Virus record (IMG/VR): IMGVR_UViG_3300020419_001305
Span: 1 to 64,000 of that record
Direction: 5' to 3' (one strand)
Origin: a virus
Length of the DNA stretch: 64,000 nt
The position numbers and the translations under genes were made by a program. Below are positions 28,179 to 38,381 of this stretch, one piece after another. Each line of letters opens with the position of its first letter. The first letter of the stretch is position 1. The notes under the pieces were generated by a model. The model was not told the origin of the DNA, did not search any database, and saw nothing but the letters and a program-made list of their open reading frames with translations.

Positions 28179-28255
28179 CTTCTCGTAGCTCAGCTGGATA
28201 GAGCGTCGGTTTGCGGAACCGAAGGCCACAGGTTCGAATCCTGTCGAGAAGGCCA
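28179..28255 (+). tRNA. tRNA-Arg (GCG)
   Basis: CTTCTCG/CGAGAAG acceptor, anticodon arm TCGGT-TTGCGGA-ACCGA, TTCGAAT loop, CCA. Confidence 0.92.
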
Positions 28256-28271
28256 AAAAGAAGGAGGTAAA

Positions 28272-28523
28272 ATGAGCGATAAAGACTTTTCAGGAAACTT
28301 AATTAGAATATCTATGCTGGAAAAAGAAATAGAATATGCTAAGAGTCAATTACAACCACATGACACGGGACATATTTACACCGCGATTAGTTGGTTGGAA
28401 CATAGAATAAATGAGCTCAAAGGTATAGATGAAGATAACGAAGACTATTCATATACTGAGCAACATATTCAACAACAAAAAGATCCTAGACATAATCAGT
28501 CGGCTTTCAAAGGAAATAGATAA
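28272..28523 (+). CDS. hypothetical protein
   Basis: AGGAGG RBS; DTGHIYTAISWL. Confidence 0.65.
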   Translation: MSDKDFSGNLIRISMLEKEIEYAKSQLQPHDTGHIYTAISWLEHRINELKGIDEDNEDYSYTEQHIQQQKDPRHNQSAFKGNR

Positions 28524-29107
28524 TGGAATATCTTAGTCTCTTTCCTACCCTTATAGGGACTTTTAATCTTAAAGAAGTTGATAACGATATCTTAATTAAA
28601 AAGATGGAGATGTCAGGCAATGTTCAACACGGACTTATAGAAAACGGAGTCAGTAGTTATGTAGGCGGAGAAGATTGTTTTCTTACTAGACTAGGAGTAT
28701 CAGATTTAAAAAATAGTATTAAAACAAAAATTAATGAATATTGTTTCCAATCAGGCATAGCACCTAATTTTATTATAAACAGTTGGGCTAATGTCATTGG
28801 ACAATCAGGATATGTAAAAAGACATAGACATGAAAAATCTATTCTCAGCGGAGCATACTATCCAACGAATAGTAATGCTAATTTAATACTTGAGAATCCT
28901 AATACAAACTTTCAAATGACACAAACGAACGTTAACGAAACAATATTTAATTGTGACAAAGTTACAATAAAACCAGAGGCAGGCAAATTAGTAATTTGGC
29001 CTAGCTACATATATCATTCAACCGAGAATAACAGTGATGAAAAAAGATATACAGTAAGTTTCAATACTTTAGATGAATCTTACAAAATTGCAATAAATAG
29101 ACAGTAA
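28523..29107 (+). CDS. putative 2OG-Fe(II) oxygenase
   Basis: SWAN, HRH...SGAYY, WPSYIYH, RYTVSFN. Confidence 0.82.
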   Translation: MEYLSLFPTLIGTFNLKEVDNDILIKKMEMSGNVQHGLIENGVSSYVGGEDCFLTRLGVSDLKNSIKTKINEYCFQSGIAPNFIINSWANVIGQSGYVKRHRHEKSILSGAYYPTNSNANLILENPNTNFQMTQTNVNETIFNCDKVTIKPEAGKLVIWPSYIYHSTENNSDEKRYTVSFNTLDESYKIAINRQ

Positions 29108-29133
29108 AATTTTTTTCAGTAAAGGAGTAAATT

Positions 29134-29334
29134 ATGATAACAGGATTTATAGTCTTGGTCACGGCTTTGTGGTCAATGGATAACGCAGAATATATAGACA
29201 CAATGAACAACCAACTTGCTAAAGGTTTCAGTTGGGAACAAATAGAGTGTAGAGCTCCTACGCCAGGAGTACCACATATTGCTTTAGAGAGTCCTCTAGG
29301 CAATAAGTACGTCTGTAATAAACTTACAAAGTAA
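29134..29334 (+). CDS. small membrane/secreted protein
   Basis: AAGGAG RBS, hydrophobic N-terminus, two Cys. Confidence 0.6.
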   Translation: MITGFIVLVTALWSMDNAEYIDTMNNQLAKGFSWEQIECRAPTPGVPHIALESPLGNKYVCNKLTK

Positions 29335-29335
29335 T

Positions 29336-29411
29336 GCTGGCATAGCTCAGCTGGTAGAGCAACTGATTTGTAATCAGTAGGTCCGCGGTTCGAATCCGTG
29401 TGCCAGCACCA
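29336..29411 (+). tRNA. tRNA-Thr (TGT)
   Basis: GCTGGCA/TGCCAGC acceptor, CTGA-TTTGTAA-TCAG arm, TTCGAAT, CCA. Confidence 0.95.
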
Positions 29412-29415
29412 TTAC

Positions 29416-29634
29416 CTAATGATCGTATATATCTGGCCCGTCTTTGACTTTGACAGGTTTACAATAAGCAGTGACTCTGTGCTCAGGTGGTACTAGGCTA
29501 CTGTAACTATAGTTTCCATATTGTCTTGGAATACGTTTGGCATAATATTGGCAAACATCTATACTTCTAAATATCATAGCATTAGGTAGTTGAGCTTCTC
29601 CTATTATCACTACTAACAGGAAAGCATGTATCAT
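29416..29634 (-). CDS. small two-Cys protein
   Basis: hydrophobic N-terminus, FRSIDVC...YCKP. Confidence 0.6.
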   Translation of the reverse strand: MIHAFLLVVIIGEAQLPNAMIFRSIDVCQYYAKRIPRQYGNYSYSSLVPPEHRVTAYCKPVKVKDGPDIYDH

Positions 29635-30158
29635 TAATATCCTCTATTCATGTAAAGGTAAATTACACCTACAAAAAATCCTGCTATTGCTAAACATAAG
29701 ATTCCTATCATTATTATTTCTATAAATTTTTGCCTGCGTTCTTCTTGAGCATATATTGCGGCTTGACGTTTCTTTCTTATGTCTCCTTCAGTCGCTAATA
29801 ACTCGTCCCAAGCAGATAATCCTCTTGTCATAATAATAATCTGTTTCAGTTGGTCTCGCATATCATCAGCTTTTTTTCTAGCCATAAAAATAGTCATTGC
29901 TTCTTCTTCTACAGATCCAGATTGAAAAAGTTTTTTAAATAATGGAGGTTTCTTGTTATATTCTTCTGCTTTTTTGATATCACTTACAGCACCCATCCAA
30001 CGTCCGAGATCACCTGCCATAGACTCTATGTCTCGGCCGACTGAAAATCCTGCTTTGATTGTGTTGAAAGCGGCGGTGGCCCCTGCCAATGCGGTTATTG
30101 GATCTATCAAGATATTAGCCCTTATTCTGTAACCTGTGGCCCTACTTTGGGTCTTCAT
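29634..30158 (-). CDS. helical protein with C-terminal TM
   Basis: IDPITALAGA..., GSVEEEA; start may be the TTG at 30110. Confidence 0.65.
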   Translation of the reverse strand: MKTQSRATGYRIRANILIDPITALAGATAAFNTIKAGFSVGRDIESMAGDLGRWMGAVSDIKKAEEYNKKPPLFKKLFQSGSVEEEAMTIFMARKKADDMRDQLKQIIIMTRGLSAWDELLATEGDIRKKRQAAIYAQEERRQKFIEIIMIGILCLAIAGFFVGVIYLYMNRGY

Positions 30159-30263
30159 TATATTTATATGATAACCGTTTTGGTAAAGTAAGCATAAAAT
30201 AATGGTTGACTAATTAAGTGCAAGGTGTTATTATAAGTAATAATTAAATATTGAGAGGCACAA

Positions 30264-31601
30264 ATGAGAACACAACCACAAGAAGTAATTTCAAAATTAG
30301 AGGCAGACAACAGTCGTTTAGCAAAAGAAAAAGTTATACTAGAAGCAATGGAAGAAGGGCTAGACGAATTCTTTGAAGGAGTCAAAATGGCACTTGATCC
30401 TTTATATACTTTTGGTGTAAAGAAAGTTCCTGAATCCAAAGTAGATGGACAAGGGCTCAAATGGGAAGTATTTAAAAAACTAGCAGACCAATTACACAAT
30501 AGAGAACTTACAGGGCATGATGCTAGAGATGCAATATTGTTGACTAGAGATATAGCAACAATGGATCAATGGAATAAATTTTATAGAAGAATATTAATAA
30601 AAGATCTACGTTGTGGTGTAAGTGAGAAAACTGTAAACAAGGTAGCAAAAAAGTTTCCACAGTTTTCAATTCCAATTTTTACTTGTCCTCTAGCACATGA
30701 TTCTGCTAACCATGAAAAGAAAATGGTTGGTAAGAAACAAGTAGAGGTAAAACTTGATGGAGTAAGGGTAATTACAATCATCCAAGGAGACACAAGCCAC
30801 GGTAACTTTAGTAGGGTAGAAATGTTTAGTCGTAATGGTAAACAGTTTCATAACTTTGGACATATCATAAGTGAAATTGAAGAAGTCATTAAAGATAATC
30901 CTCCACCATATGATTTGGTTTTGGACGGTGAAGTTATGAGTGCTAACTTTCAGGACCTTATGAAACAGGTACATAGAAAAGATGGTAAGCAATCAGATGA
31001 TGCCGTATTACATTTATTTGATATGTGTCCATTATCTGAATTCCAAAAGGGAGTTTGGGACAAAGATCAAGCATTCAGAAGCCAAGCAGTAAAGGCTTGG
31101 GTAGACCAGCATAAAGGCGTCTTAAAGCACGTACAAACACTTGATTGGGAAGATGTGGACTTAGATACCCAAGAAGGTCAAGAACGCTTTGTAGAGCTTA
31201 ATAAAGCGGCTGTAGACGGTGGTTATGAAGGGGTTATGATCAAAGATCCTGAAGCACCATATGAATGTAAAAGAACACATAGTTGGTTAAAGGCAAAACC
31301 ATTTATAGAAGTAACATTAAAGGTTGTTGCGGTTGAAGAAGGCACAGGCCGTAACGAAGGTAGATTGGGTGCCGTAATAGTAGAAGGAGAAGATGATGGA
31401 TACAATTATAGCCTTAACTGTGGGAGCGGTTTCACTGACGATCAACGTGATAAGTTCTGGGCTGAACGTGCTAGTCTCATTGGTGACTTAATAGAGATTA
31501 GAGCAGATGCTAGAACGCAGTCTCAAGATTCTGAAACGTATAGTCTCAGGTTTCCAAGGTTCAAATGCTTCCGAGGTTTCGAAGCAGGAGAAAAAATTTA
31601 A
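30264..31601 (+). CDS. lig: ATP-dependent DNA ligase
   Basis: KLDGVR adenylation motif, LDGE, EGVMIK, WLKAKP, GSGF, SLRFPRF. Confidence 0.96.
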   Translation: MRTQPQEVISKLEADNSRLAKEKVILEAMEEGLDEFFEGVKMALDPLYTFGVKKVPESKVDGQGLKWEVFKKLADQLHNRELTGHDARDAILLTRDIATMDQWNKFYRRILIKDLRCGVSEKTVNKVAKKFPQFSIPIFTCPLAHDSANHEKKMVGKKQVEVKLDGVRVITIIQGDTSHGNFSRVEMFSRNGKQFHNFGHIISEIEEVIKDNPPPYDLVLDGEVMSANFQDLMKQVHRKDGKQSDDAVLHLFDMCPLSEFQKGVWDKDQAFRSQAVKAWVDQHKGVLKHVQTLDWEDVDLDTQEGQERFVELNKAAVDGGYEGVMIKDPEAPYECKRTHSWLKAKPFIEVTLKVVAVEEGTGRNEGRLGAVIVEGEDDGYNYSLNCGSGFTDDQRDKFWAERASLIGDLIEIRADARTQSQDSETYSLRFPRFKCFRGFEAGEKI

Positions 31602-31693
31602 TCCCCGTGAACGGATAGACGGGAAAAACCTTACCGATGTTGAGAAGATGGACAAAGGTTACAAAGGTAAAACATTCACAATTAACGGCTTAG

Positions 31694-31897
31694 ATGGAGA
31701 TTTTTGATATGTATTGGTTAGTTGTAATTTTAAGTATAGCGAGTTATCCTGAAATGAATTTACAGTTTGAATTTAGTAGGAGTTACTACTGTAATTTGGC
31801 AAAAGACAAATTTATTCAGGCTGATCCGCCAACAATGATAATTGGAGGGAAAGTTGTTTCGTCCAAGATTGAGAAAATTTATTGTGACAAGAGATAG
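31694..31897 (+). CDS. small two-Cys protein
   Basis: hydrophobic N-terminus, FSRSYYC...C. Confidence 0.5.
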   Translation: MEIFDMYWLVVILSIASYPEMNLQFEFSRSYYCNLAKDKFIQADPPTMIIGGKVVSSKIEKIYCDKR

Positions 31898-31907
31898 GTA
31901 TAAGTAA

Positions 31908-32075
31908 ATGAGAAATTTAAAAAGCATGTGGGCAGACTTTAGAAGAGATGACAGACCCGACTGGGAACGTATGTCAGATGACGGTATGAATAAAGTTTTA
32001 AAAACTGTTATACTTTGTATATTTGCTTACGGAACTTATGTTTTATTCATAGAATTAATTGGGAGATTTTTATAA
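31908..32075 (+). CDS. small membrane protein, 55 aa, absent from the ORF track
   Basis: MRNLKSMWADFRRDDRPDWE...C-terminal TM; TAATG coupling to the next gene. Confidence 0.5.
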   Translation: MRNLKSMWADFRRDDRPDWERMSDDGMNKVLKTVILCIFAYGTYVLFIELIGRFL

Positions 32076-32458
32076 TGAGAAGATGGGTATACGATTGTTG
32101 GAATCATATAATGGATGCTGAAGTTAATCCATTAAGAAATATTCCGGATTTACAAGTTAGGCATATGGTTATGCAGATACTGGCATTTATGTGGTCGGCA
32201 GTATTTGCTCTGCTTATTGCTGATAGCATTATGGCATTTGGTGTTAGTGCTATAGGTCATGTTATGCTTGTTGCGGCTGTTGTTGTTACTGTAGGAACAT
32301 TTAAGGTAGCAGAACATAAACCTAGTATGTTCGAATTTAGAAAAGACGGTTATCATTCGCATGGTAGAGGTAGAACATATACAATTTACAGGGACAAAAA
32401 AGGCAATGCTCATAAAGTAGAACTGCCTCCAGGTGATCCCGGCGGCGAGCATGAATAA
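32075..32458 (+). CDS. membrane protein
   Basis: NPLRNIPD...HMVMQILAFMWS, two TMs; start after GGGAG. Confidence 0.7.
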   Translation: MRRWVYDCWNHIMDAEVNPLRNIPDLQVRHMVMQILAFMWSAVFALLIADSIMAFGVSAIGHVMLVAAVVVTVGTFKVAEHKPSMFEFRKDGYHSHGRGRTYTIYRDKKGNAHKVELPPGDPGGEHE

Positions 32459-33173
32459 CGGTTGGCAATTTCCTTCCGGCTTTAAAACTATGAATGATAT
32501 AAAATTTATAAGCCACGACAAGCATGTACTAAAGCATTTTCCTATTGTACCTGCTAAAGATTGCTTACCTAAATGGTATGCTAAATTAAAAGCCAACGAA
32601 CCTAACATATCAAAATGTATGCCAGTACGTGATATGATCACTGCTGGTTACATTATTCCTAATCCCACTGAACAAGTAGTAGGATTATTAACGGAAGATG
32701 ATATTCAAAACCCTGATGTTGTATATCCTGTGGAAATAGCAGGAAAATTTTTTACATCTTTAAATTATATGACTGCCCCTAATGCTTTTCATACTCATGA
32801 CCAATGTCCTGTAAAAATTGATGGAGCAAAAAAGTCATATTACAAAATTAAATTACCTTGGAAGATTATAACTCCTAAAGGTTATAGCACTTTATTTTTA
32901 CAACCTTTTTACGAGTTCCAAAAAGATTTCGTTATGATGCCTGCTATAATAGATACAGACTTGTATGATCATAGTAATTTAATATTTCCTTGTTACTTTA
33001 ATAAGGATGTCGACCTAGCCCCTGGACAACCGTTAGTTCAGTGTATTCCTTTCAAACGTGATGAATGGAAACATTCGTTATCACACCAAGAAGAAGAAAA
33101 GTCTAGTAAGATGAATTTGTTTCTTCACAACATGTATAAGAGAGCTTTTCATCAGAAAAAGACTTTCAAATAA
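32433..33173 (+). CDS. hypothetical beta-fold protein
   Basis: PKWY, KCMPVRD..TAGY, PWKI.TPKGYS, G.PL.Q.IPFKR; start probably 32451 or 32490. Confidence 0.7.
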   Translation: MIPAASMNNGWQFPSGFKTMNDIKFISHDKHVLKHFPIVPAKDCLPKWYAKLKANEPNISKCMPVRDMITAGYIIPNPTEQVVGLLTEDDIQNPDVVYPVEIAGKFFTSLNYMTAPNAFHTHDQCPVKIDGAKKSYYKIKLPWKIITPKGYSTLFLQPFYEFQKDFVMMPAIIDTDLYDHSNLIFPCYFNKDVDLAPGQPLVQCIPFKRDEWKHSLSHQEEEKSSKMNLFLHNMYKRAFHQKKTFK

Positions 33174-33229
33174 ATTGACTTTTATATATAATGACTATAT
33201 ACTAAAAAAAATAGACAGTTGGAGATACC

Positions 33230-34504
33230 ATGGCAAAGAAAAGAAAAGGTAATATTTTCAAAACAAAAGCGACTGAACCTAAATGGGATGATAGTAAAGA
33301 CCTGACAGGTGAACAGTATAGCAGACGTATGCACGCCGCCCAAGAACACTATAGGATGGATTTTAAGTCTGACGCTTATAAGAGATGGATATTAGAATAT
33401 TGTAAAACATCTGAGAAATGGAAGGACCATGTCAAGACAATATCAAAGAATAGAGATGGTGAATTTAGAAGTACACTAGGAGGCTTATGTAGACTTGCTA
33501 ACTTAGGTTGTCCTGACTACCATAAACCTTATGCTGACTACTGGTTGACTTTAGCAGGCACTATGGGCGAAGTAGAACCACGTTCAGTTATTATAGATAA
33601 ATGGATGCAAGAGCTAGTAGACTCTGGAAGTAGAATCGTAGAAACAGAAGACAAGAAAAAAGAAGCAGAAAAGAAAAAGGGTAATGTATACAAACCTAGT
33701 ATACAAGAAAGAATTAAAGAACAAGCGAACACTCAATCTGAAGCAATTGAAGATTGGTTAGATAAATGGACTAATGATCCTAAGAAATTTAAAAAAGATG
33801 ACTTCAAGTTTAGCAAACATTTTATAGCCTATAAGGTTACACAGGCTCATGCTAGGGTAATGCTTACATGGTATGAACCAGTGGCCACTGAATTACATGA
33901 AGTGCTTAATCCACCTACTAAGGCTGAGTTTAATAGAATGACCGAAAAGGAACAAGATTATTCTGAACAGCTGATAGAAGGTTATTCAATATACGATAAA
34001 AAGGATTTACATAACTTATACGAAGGTTATGCTAATCTAATAGGTGCTTTAAATATGCTTATTGATATGGCAAAAGCAAGTAGGAAAACAAGGAAACGTG
34101 TACCCAAAAGTAAAGACAAACTAATACAAAAATTAAAATATAAAGTATCAGACGATAAGTTTAAAGTAGCAAGTATTAATCCAATCGAGATAATAGGATG
34201 TAACGAGCTATGGGTGTTTAATGTAAAAACACGTAAGATAGGAAAATACGTTGCGAGTCAAATAGATCCTTTGAAGCAAGAACGTGAAGGATCAGGTTTA
34301 AGTGTCAAAGGCACAACCATTACAGGATTTAAAGAATCACAAAGTGTTCAAAAAACAATTAGAAAGCCAGACGAAAAGCTGAAAGAATTTCATGACGCAG
34401 GTAAGGTAAAACTTAGAACTTATTTAGAGGATATAAACGCAGTTGAGATCAAGCTCAACGGTAGGGTAAATGCCGAAACTATTCTTCTTAAGGCAGTAAG
34501 ATAA
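33230..34504 (+). CDS. hypothetical protein (424 aa)
   Basis: long ORF with early promoter and GGAG RBS. Confidence 0.75.
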   Translation: MAKKRKGNIFKTKATEPKWDDSKDLTGEQYSRRMHAAQEHYRMDFKSDAYKRWILEYCKTSEKWKDHVKTISKNRDGEFRSTLGGLCRLANLGCPDYHKPYADYWLTLAGTMGEVEPRSVIIDKWMQELVDSGSRIVETEDKKKEAEKKKGNVYKPSIQERIKEQANTQSEAIEDWLDKWTNDPKKFKKDDFKFSKHFIAYKVTQAHARVMLTWYEPVATELHEVLNPPTKAEFNRMTEKEQDYSEQLIEGYSIYDKKDLHNLYEGYANLIGALNMLIDMAKASRKTRKRVPKSKDKLIQKLKYKVSDDKFKVASINPIEIIGCNELWVFNVKTRKIGKYVASQIDPLKQEREGSGLSVKGTTITGFKESQSVQKTIRKPDEKLKEFHDAGKVKLRTYLEDINAVEIKLNGRVNAETILLKAVR

Positions 34505-34512
34505 ATACTTGC

Positions 34513-35577
34513 ATGGATCAGATAACAAACATACGAGAAGGTCTTGCTAAACTTACATCAGCATTAGAGACCATTGTAACAATTGACACACCAGCAACAC
34601 CAGATGCTACAATTAATAGTATCAGCGGTAATGCTATACATGGTGGTAAAATTACGTTACTTAGAAGCACAGGTATTAGAGATCAAGCAAGTAGAACATC
34701 TTTACTAGTTGAAGATGATAAAATTACTGTTGGTAGCGCCGACATTGATAGTGTAGTAGGCGATTTGACTGTAGAAGATAATCTTACTATAGGAGGAGAA
34801 CTTACTGCTAAAACATTGAGAGTAGCAGAAACATTTACTGATCAAAAACATAATAGTTCATTAGATTTCCAAGTAGAAGGAGATACACGTTTAATAGGAT
34901 TACAGTGGCGTAAAAAAGGCGAAGCTACTAAACAAATTGTATGGCGTGATGACAGATTTTATATAAGCAACAACGTAGACTTACACAGAGATGCTTCATA
35001 TAACATAGATAATATTCCAGTAATTAAACTAGATTCATTAGGTCCTACAATTAAAAAAAGTGATCTATCAAGTGTAGGAAGACTACAAAATTTACAAACA
35101 GATGGCGACCTTACAATTGATGATTACATTTTTTATGAAAGTGGTACAAGTAGACTAGGTATAGGAACAGAAGCACCAAATGGTTCTTTAAGTGTTTCTA
35201 GTAACGAAGCAGAATTTATTGTAGATCCAGACTTTGATCATCTTAGAGTAGGTGCTTGGACAACAAGTAAAATGTCTTTGATTACAGATAATAAAGAAAG
35301 AATTGTAATAAAACAACACGGCGGAGTTGAAGTAAAAGACAAATTAGGAGTCAATGTTTCTTATCCGGGTGAAGATGTAGATTTAGAAGTTAAAGGTAAT
35401 ATAAGATTCAACGCCAAGAAGTTTACAGTTGGCGAATTTCCTCCCACAGAAGGCAATTATAATTTGGGAGATATACAGTATGATACAAATCCAAGACAAG
35501 GTGGATTTATTGGATGGGTTTGTATTATTCCAGGTAATCCTGGTACATGGAAGGGCTTTGGAGCGATAGAAAAATAA
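34513..35577 (+). CDS. putative tail/virion protein
   Basis: late promoter; RLGIGT.AP fibre motif; C-terminal GWVC...G.PG.W. Confidence 0.6.
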   Translation: MDQITNIREGLAKLTSALETIVTIDTPATPDATINSISGNAIHGGKITLLRSTGIRDQASRTSLLVEDDKITVGSADIDSVVGDLTVEDNLTIGGELTAKTLRVAETFTDQKHNSSLDFQVEGDTRLIGLQWRKKGEATKQIVWRDDRFYISNNVDLHRDASYNIDNIPVIKLDSLGPTIKKSDLSSVGRLQNLQTDGDLTIDDYIFYESGTSRLGIGTEAPNGSLSVSSNEAEFIVDPDFDHLRVGAWTTSKMSLITDNKERIVIKQHGGVEVKDKLGVNVSYPGEDVDLEVKGNIRFNAKKFTVGEFPPTEGNYNLGDIQYDTNPRQGGFIGWVCIIPGNPGTWKGFGAIEK

Positions 35578-35993
35578 TGACAAAACTTTTTAATATTGAC
35601 AATCAAGCTATTTCTGAAATAAAGTCAGGATTAAGCGATCTTTCAAATTGGATTTTAACAATGGAAAGATTGGCAGGCACATCTAATTCAAAACTTTCAA
35701 TAGACGCGAAAGGAAGATTAAATGTTGCTGGCAAAGAAGATACTATAATCCACGGTAAGCTCGGAGTTGGAGTTGATACCGTACCAAATGATGTAGCTAT
35801 AGAAACAAGTCTACCAGTTAGATTTCAAGGAAAAAAATTCGAAGTAAATAATGATGTTCCAAAGACTGGACTATACAACAAAGGTGATATGATATGGAAT
35901 GACAACCCTGTGCCAAACGGTACACTTGGTTGGATCTGTATTAGAACAGGCACACCTGGAGAGTGGCGCACATTTGGGATGATTGGTGGATGA
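35577..35993 (+). CDS. putative tail/virion protein, paralogous to the C-terminus of the previous gene
   Basis: shared G.LGVGV and GWIC..GTPG.W motifs. Confidence 0.6.
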   Translation: MTKLFNIDNQAISEIKSGLSDLSNWILTMERLAGTSNSKLSIDAKGRLNVAGKEDTIIHGKLGVGVDTVPNDVAIETSLPVRFQGKKFEVNNDVPKTGLYNKGDMIWNDNPVPNGTLGWICIRTGTPGEWRTFGMIGG

Positions 35994-36325
35994 CAGATTA
36001 CAAAAAAGTAAATAAACATGTAAACATATGGTACATGTTAGGACGAGTAGCGCCTTTTGGTGCCTTGTTTATAATCTGTGTTATGTTGATGTTTGATCTT
36101 AATACATATCTAGAATACGTTTTATTAGCAGTAGCAATCTTTTTTGCCCTTTTCGCATTTACATGGTGGTGGTGGGTATTGGATACTGTAAAGCAACTTT
36201 TCGCTATGATGGAAATGACACATAAAAAATTCGACGATGTTCTAGGTGAACTAACCAGAGTGAAACGAGACCTGAATGATAGTAATTGGGAACGGTCAAA
36301 GTCGGAAAAAAATAAACCTAAATAA
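35990..36325 (+). CDS. two-TM membrane protein
   Basis: two hydrophobic helices and a short coiled coil. Confidence 0.6.
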   Translation: MTDYKKVNKHVNIWYMLGRVAPFGALFIICVMLMFDLNTYLEYVLLAVAIFFALFAFTWWWWVLDTVKQLFAMMEMTHKKFDDVLGELTRVKRDLNDSNWERSKSEKNKPK

Positions 36326-36845
36326 TTATCACGAAGAAAAAATTGGTTGTAATGCGATCATTAGAGATCTCCATGTCAATCATTTAGTTTGTTGTGATAA
36401 GAAAATGGTTAAGCAGGCTCTTAGTCAAAACTATTCTCCTATATACACAAGACACAGATGGGTATCCGATTTTCCTATGGAACAAGTTATAGCACTTCCC
36501 AACCTACCTTATAAAGGTGACAAACGGCAAGATGATCCGTTTAATTGGGGTAGCGGTCCATATGCTATGTTGTTGGCAACTACTTTGTCTAAATATATAA
36601 AAGTTGTAGGATTTGATCTTTATGGTACTAAAGATGGAAATATCAACAATGTATATGCTAGTACAGATGGATATAAAAATTTACTTGACGAAGCAGTTGA
36701 TTGGTCATATTGGGTTTATCAAATAGCAAAAATTATTGAATATAATCCAGACATAACATTTCATTTTTACAATTTGGAGGACTGGAAATGTCCAAAACAA
36801 TGGAATTTTAAAAATATAAAGGTTGACAATATTACAAAATTATAA
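36276..36845 (+). CDS. Maf/GT29-like glycosyltransferase-fold protein
   Basis: VIGNGQS, IGCN, SG..A, GFD motifs. Confidence 0.6.
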   Translation: MIVIGNGQSRKKINLNNYHEEKIGCNAIIRDLHVNHLVCCDKKMVKQALSQNYSPIYTRHRWVSDFPMEQVIALPNLPYKGDKRQDDPFNWGSGPYAMLLATTLSKYIKVVGFDLYGTKDGNINNVYASTDGYKNLLDEAVDWSYWVYQIAKIIEYNPDITFHFYNLEDWKCPKQWNFKNIKVDNITKL

Positions 36846-36875
36846 TATAATGTAATAAACTTGGAAAGGTAAACT

Positions 36876-37325
36876 ATGGGAAAATACTATTCTACTAAAA
36901 CTTATGGACACAACATTGGATTGAGTGCTGTATTTAGACAGCCAAATGCTGATCATAGTCATTGTCATTTGTTACATGGATATAGCTTACAATTTAAATT
37001 TACATTTGGTTGTGATAAACTAGATAACAAGAACTGGGCTGTTGACTTTGGTGGCCTAAAGCCTTTGAAGGCTTGGCTAGAAGATAACTTCGATCATAAA
37101 TTATGTTTAGATAATAACGATCCGCACATAGGAAAATTTAAAGAACTTGAAGCATTGGATTTAGCTGAGCTTAGAATGTTTGATGGTGTAGGCGCTGAAA
37201 AATTTGCCGAACACGCATTTAACTTCGCAGATGAATTAATTAGAAAACATACAAATAATAGATGTTACGTGGTAAAAGTCGAGTGTGCCGAGCATGGTGC
37301 TAATTCTGCTATATATGAGAAATAA
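36876..37325 (+). CDS. queD: 6-carboxytetrahydropterin synthase / PTPS family
   Basis: C..LHGY, VDFG.LK, FDH, AE; TTGACA-17-TATAAT promoter at 36823-36851. Confidence 0.88.
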   Translation: MGKYYSTKTYGHNIGLSAVFRQPNADHSHCHLLHGYSLQFKFTFGCDKLDNKNWAVDFGGLKPLKAWLEDNFDHKLCLDNNDPHIGKFKELEALDLAELRMFDGVGAEKFAEHAFNFADELIRKHTNNRCYVVKVECAEHGANSAIYEK

Positions 37326-37339
37326 GGCATCCATGTACA

Positions 37340-38221
37340 ATGGCAAAAGTAGATAAATCTAAATATACAAAAGAACAATGGAAGATCGTTAGAGAGCAGA
37401 GGCGAAGGCAAAAAGCACTTGATCGATCTAAAAAGGCACAAAAGGTTTCTGTAGACGCAAAAGATACAGAAAGAACAATTAAAGTAGCAGTTAATGAGCC
37501 GGCCACAGATAACCGTTCAAATTATATCGTTTGTTTAAAACACGGCACAAAGTATGGTCCGGAGTATGTTAATAACCTATACAACATGGTTAAAAGGCAT
37601 TGTACTGTTCCTTTCGAATTTGTTTGCTTTACAGACGACATTAGAAACATTAACCAAGATATAAAAACAATAACACTAAAAGAAATAGGTGTAAGTGGAT
37701 GGTGGTATAAGCCTATCTTCTTTGATAAAAATTTTCCTTTGAATGGCAACATATTATATTTTGATTTAGATGTTGTAGTTCACAAAAACATAGATAACCT
37801 TTTTACATACAATCCAGGAAAGTTTTTAATTTGTAGAGATTTTAATAGAAGTATAAGACATGACTGGAATAGAATGAACAGTAGTGTATTTAGATTAGTA
37901 TCCGGTTCATTGCCTCATGTATATGATGACTTTATGGAAAATGCTCCTATGAACATGCGTAGATTTCATGGAGACCAAGATTGGATTTATGAAATGTTAA
38001 AGGATAGAAAAAGTTTATGGTTGTTTTGGCCTGATGAATGGATCAGAAGTTATAAATGGGAAATGAGAGATCGATCCCATTTAGATAGAATTGGCGGCAT
38101 AAGAAATTTCAAAGTGAAAGCAGAACCATTGGTACACAACTTATGTAATGTAGCAGTCTTTCACGGAGAACCTCACCCTCATCAGGTTGAAGATGATTGG
38201 GTAAAGGAGAATTGGAGATGA
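37340..38221 (+). CDS. glycosyltransferase (GT-A fold)
   Basis: G.KY...YVN.L, WW.K, YFDLDVV (DxD), NSSV, GDQ, FHG.P.P. Confidence 0.8.
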   Translation: MAKVDKSKYTKEQWKIVREQRRRQKALDRSKKAQKVSVDAKDTERTIKVAVNEPATDNRSNYIVCLKHGTKYGPEYVNNLYNMVKRHCTVPFEFVCFTDDIRNINQDIKTITLKEIGVSGWWYKPIFFDKNFPLNGNILYFDLDVVVHKNIDNLFTYNPGKFLICRDFNRSIRHDWNRMNSSVFRLVSGSLPHVYDDFMENAPMNMRRFHGDQDWIYEMLKDRKSLWLFWPDEWIRSYKWEMRDRSHLDRIGGIRNFKVKAEPLVHNLCNVAVFHGEPHPHQVEDDWVKENWR

Positions 38222-38381
38222 TTAGGATATGGCATTATTGGTGTAAAGCAATGGGTAGTAGAGCTTATGATAATGACCGAAAAGACGATCATGTACATAA
38301 TATAATTAGAACATTTTGGTTCTTATTACACATAGTTACTTGTTGTATGATTATAGCTGGTAACGGAAGGATGTTGAATAT

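Noticed and set aside
27957-28256. 99-aa minus-strand ORF
   Set aside because: Antisense to tRNA-Arg and the WYL-like gene
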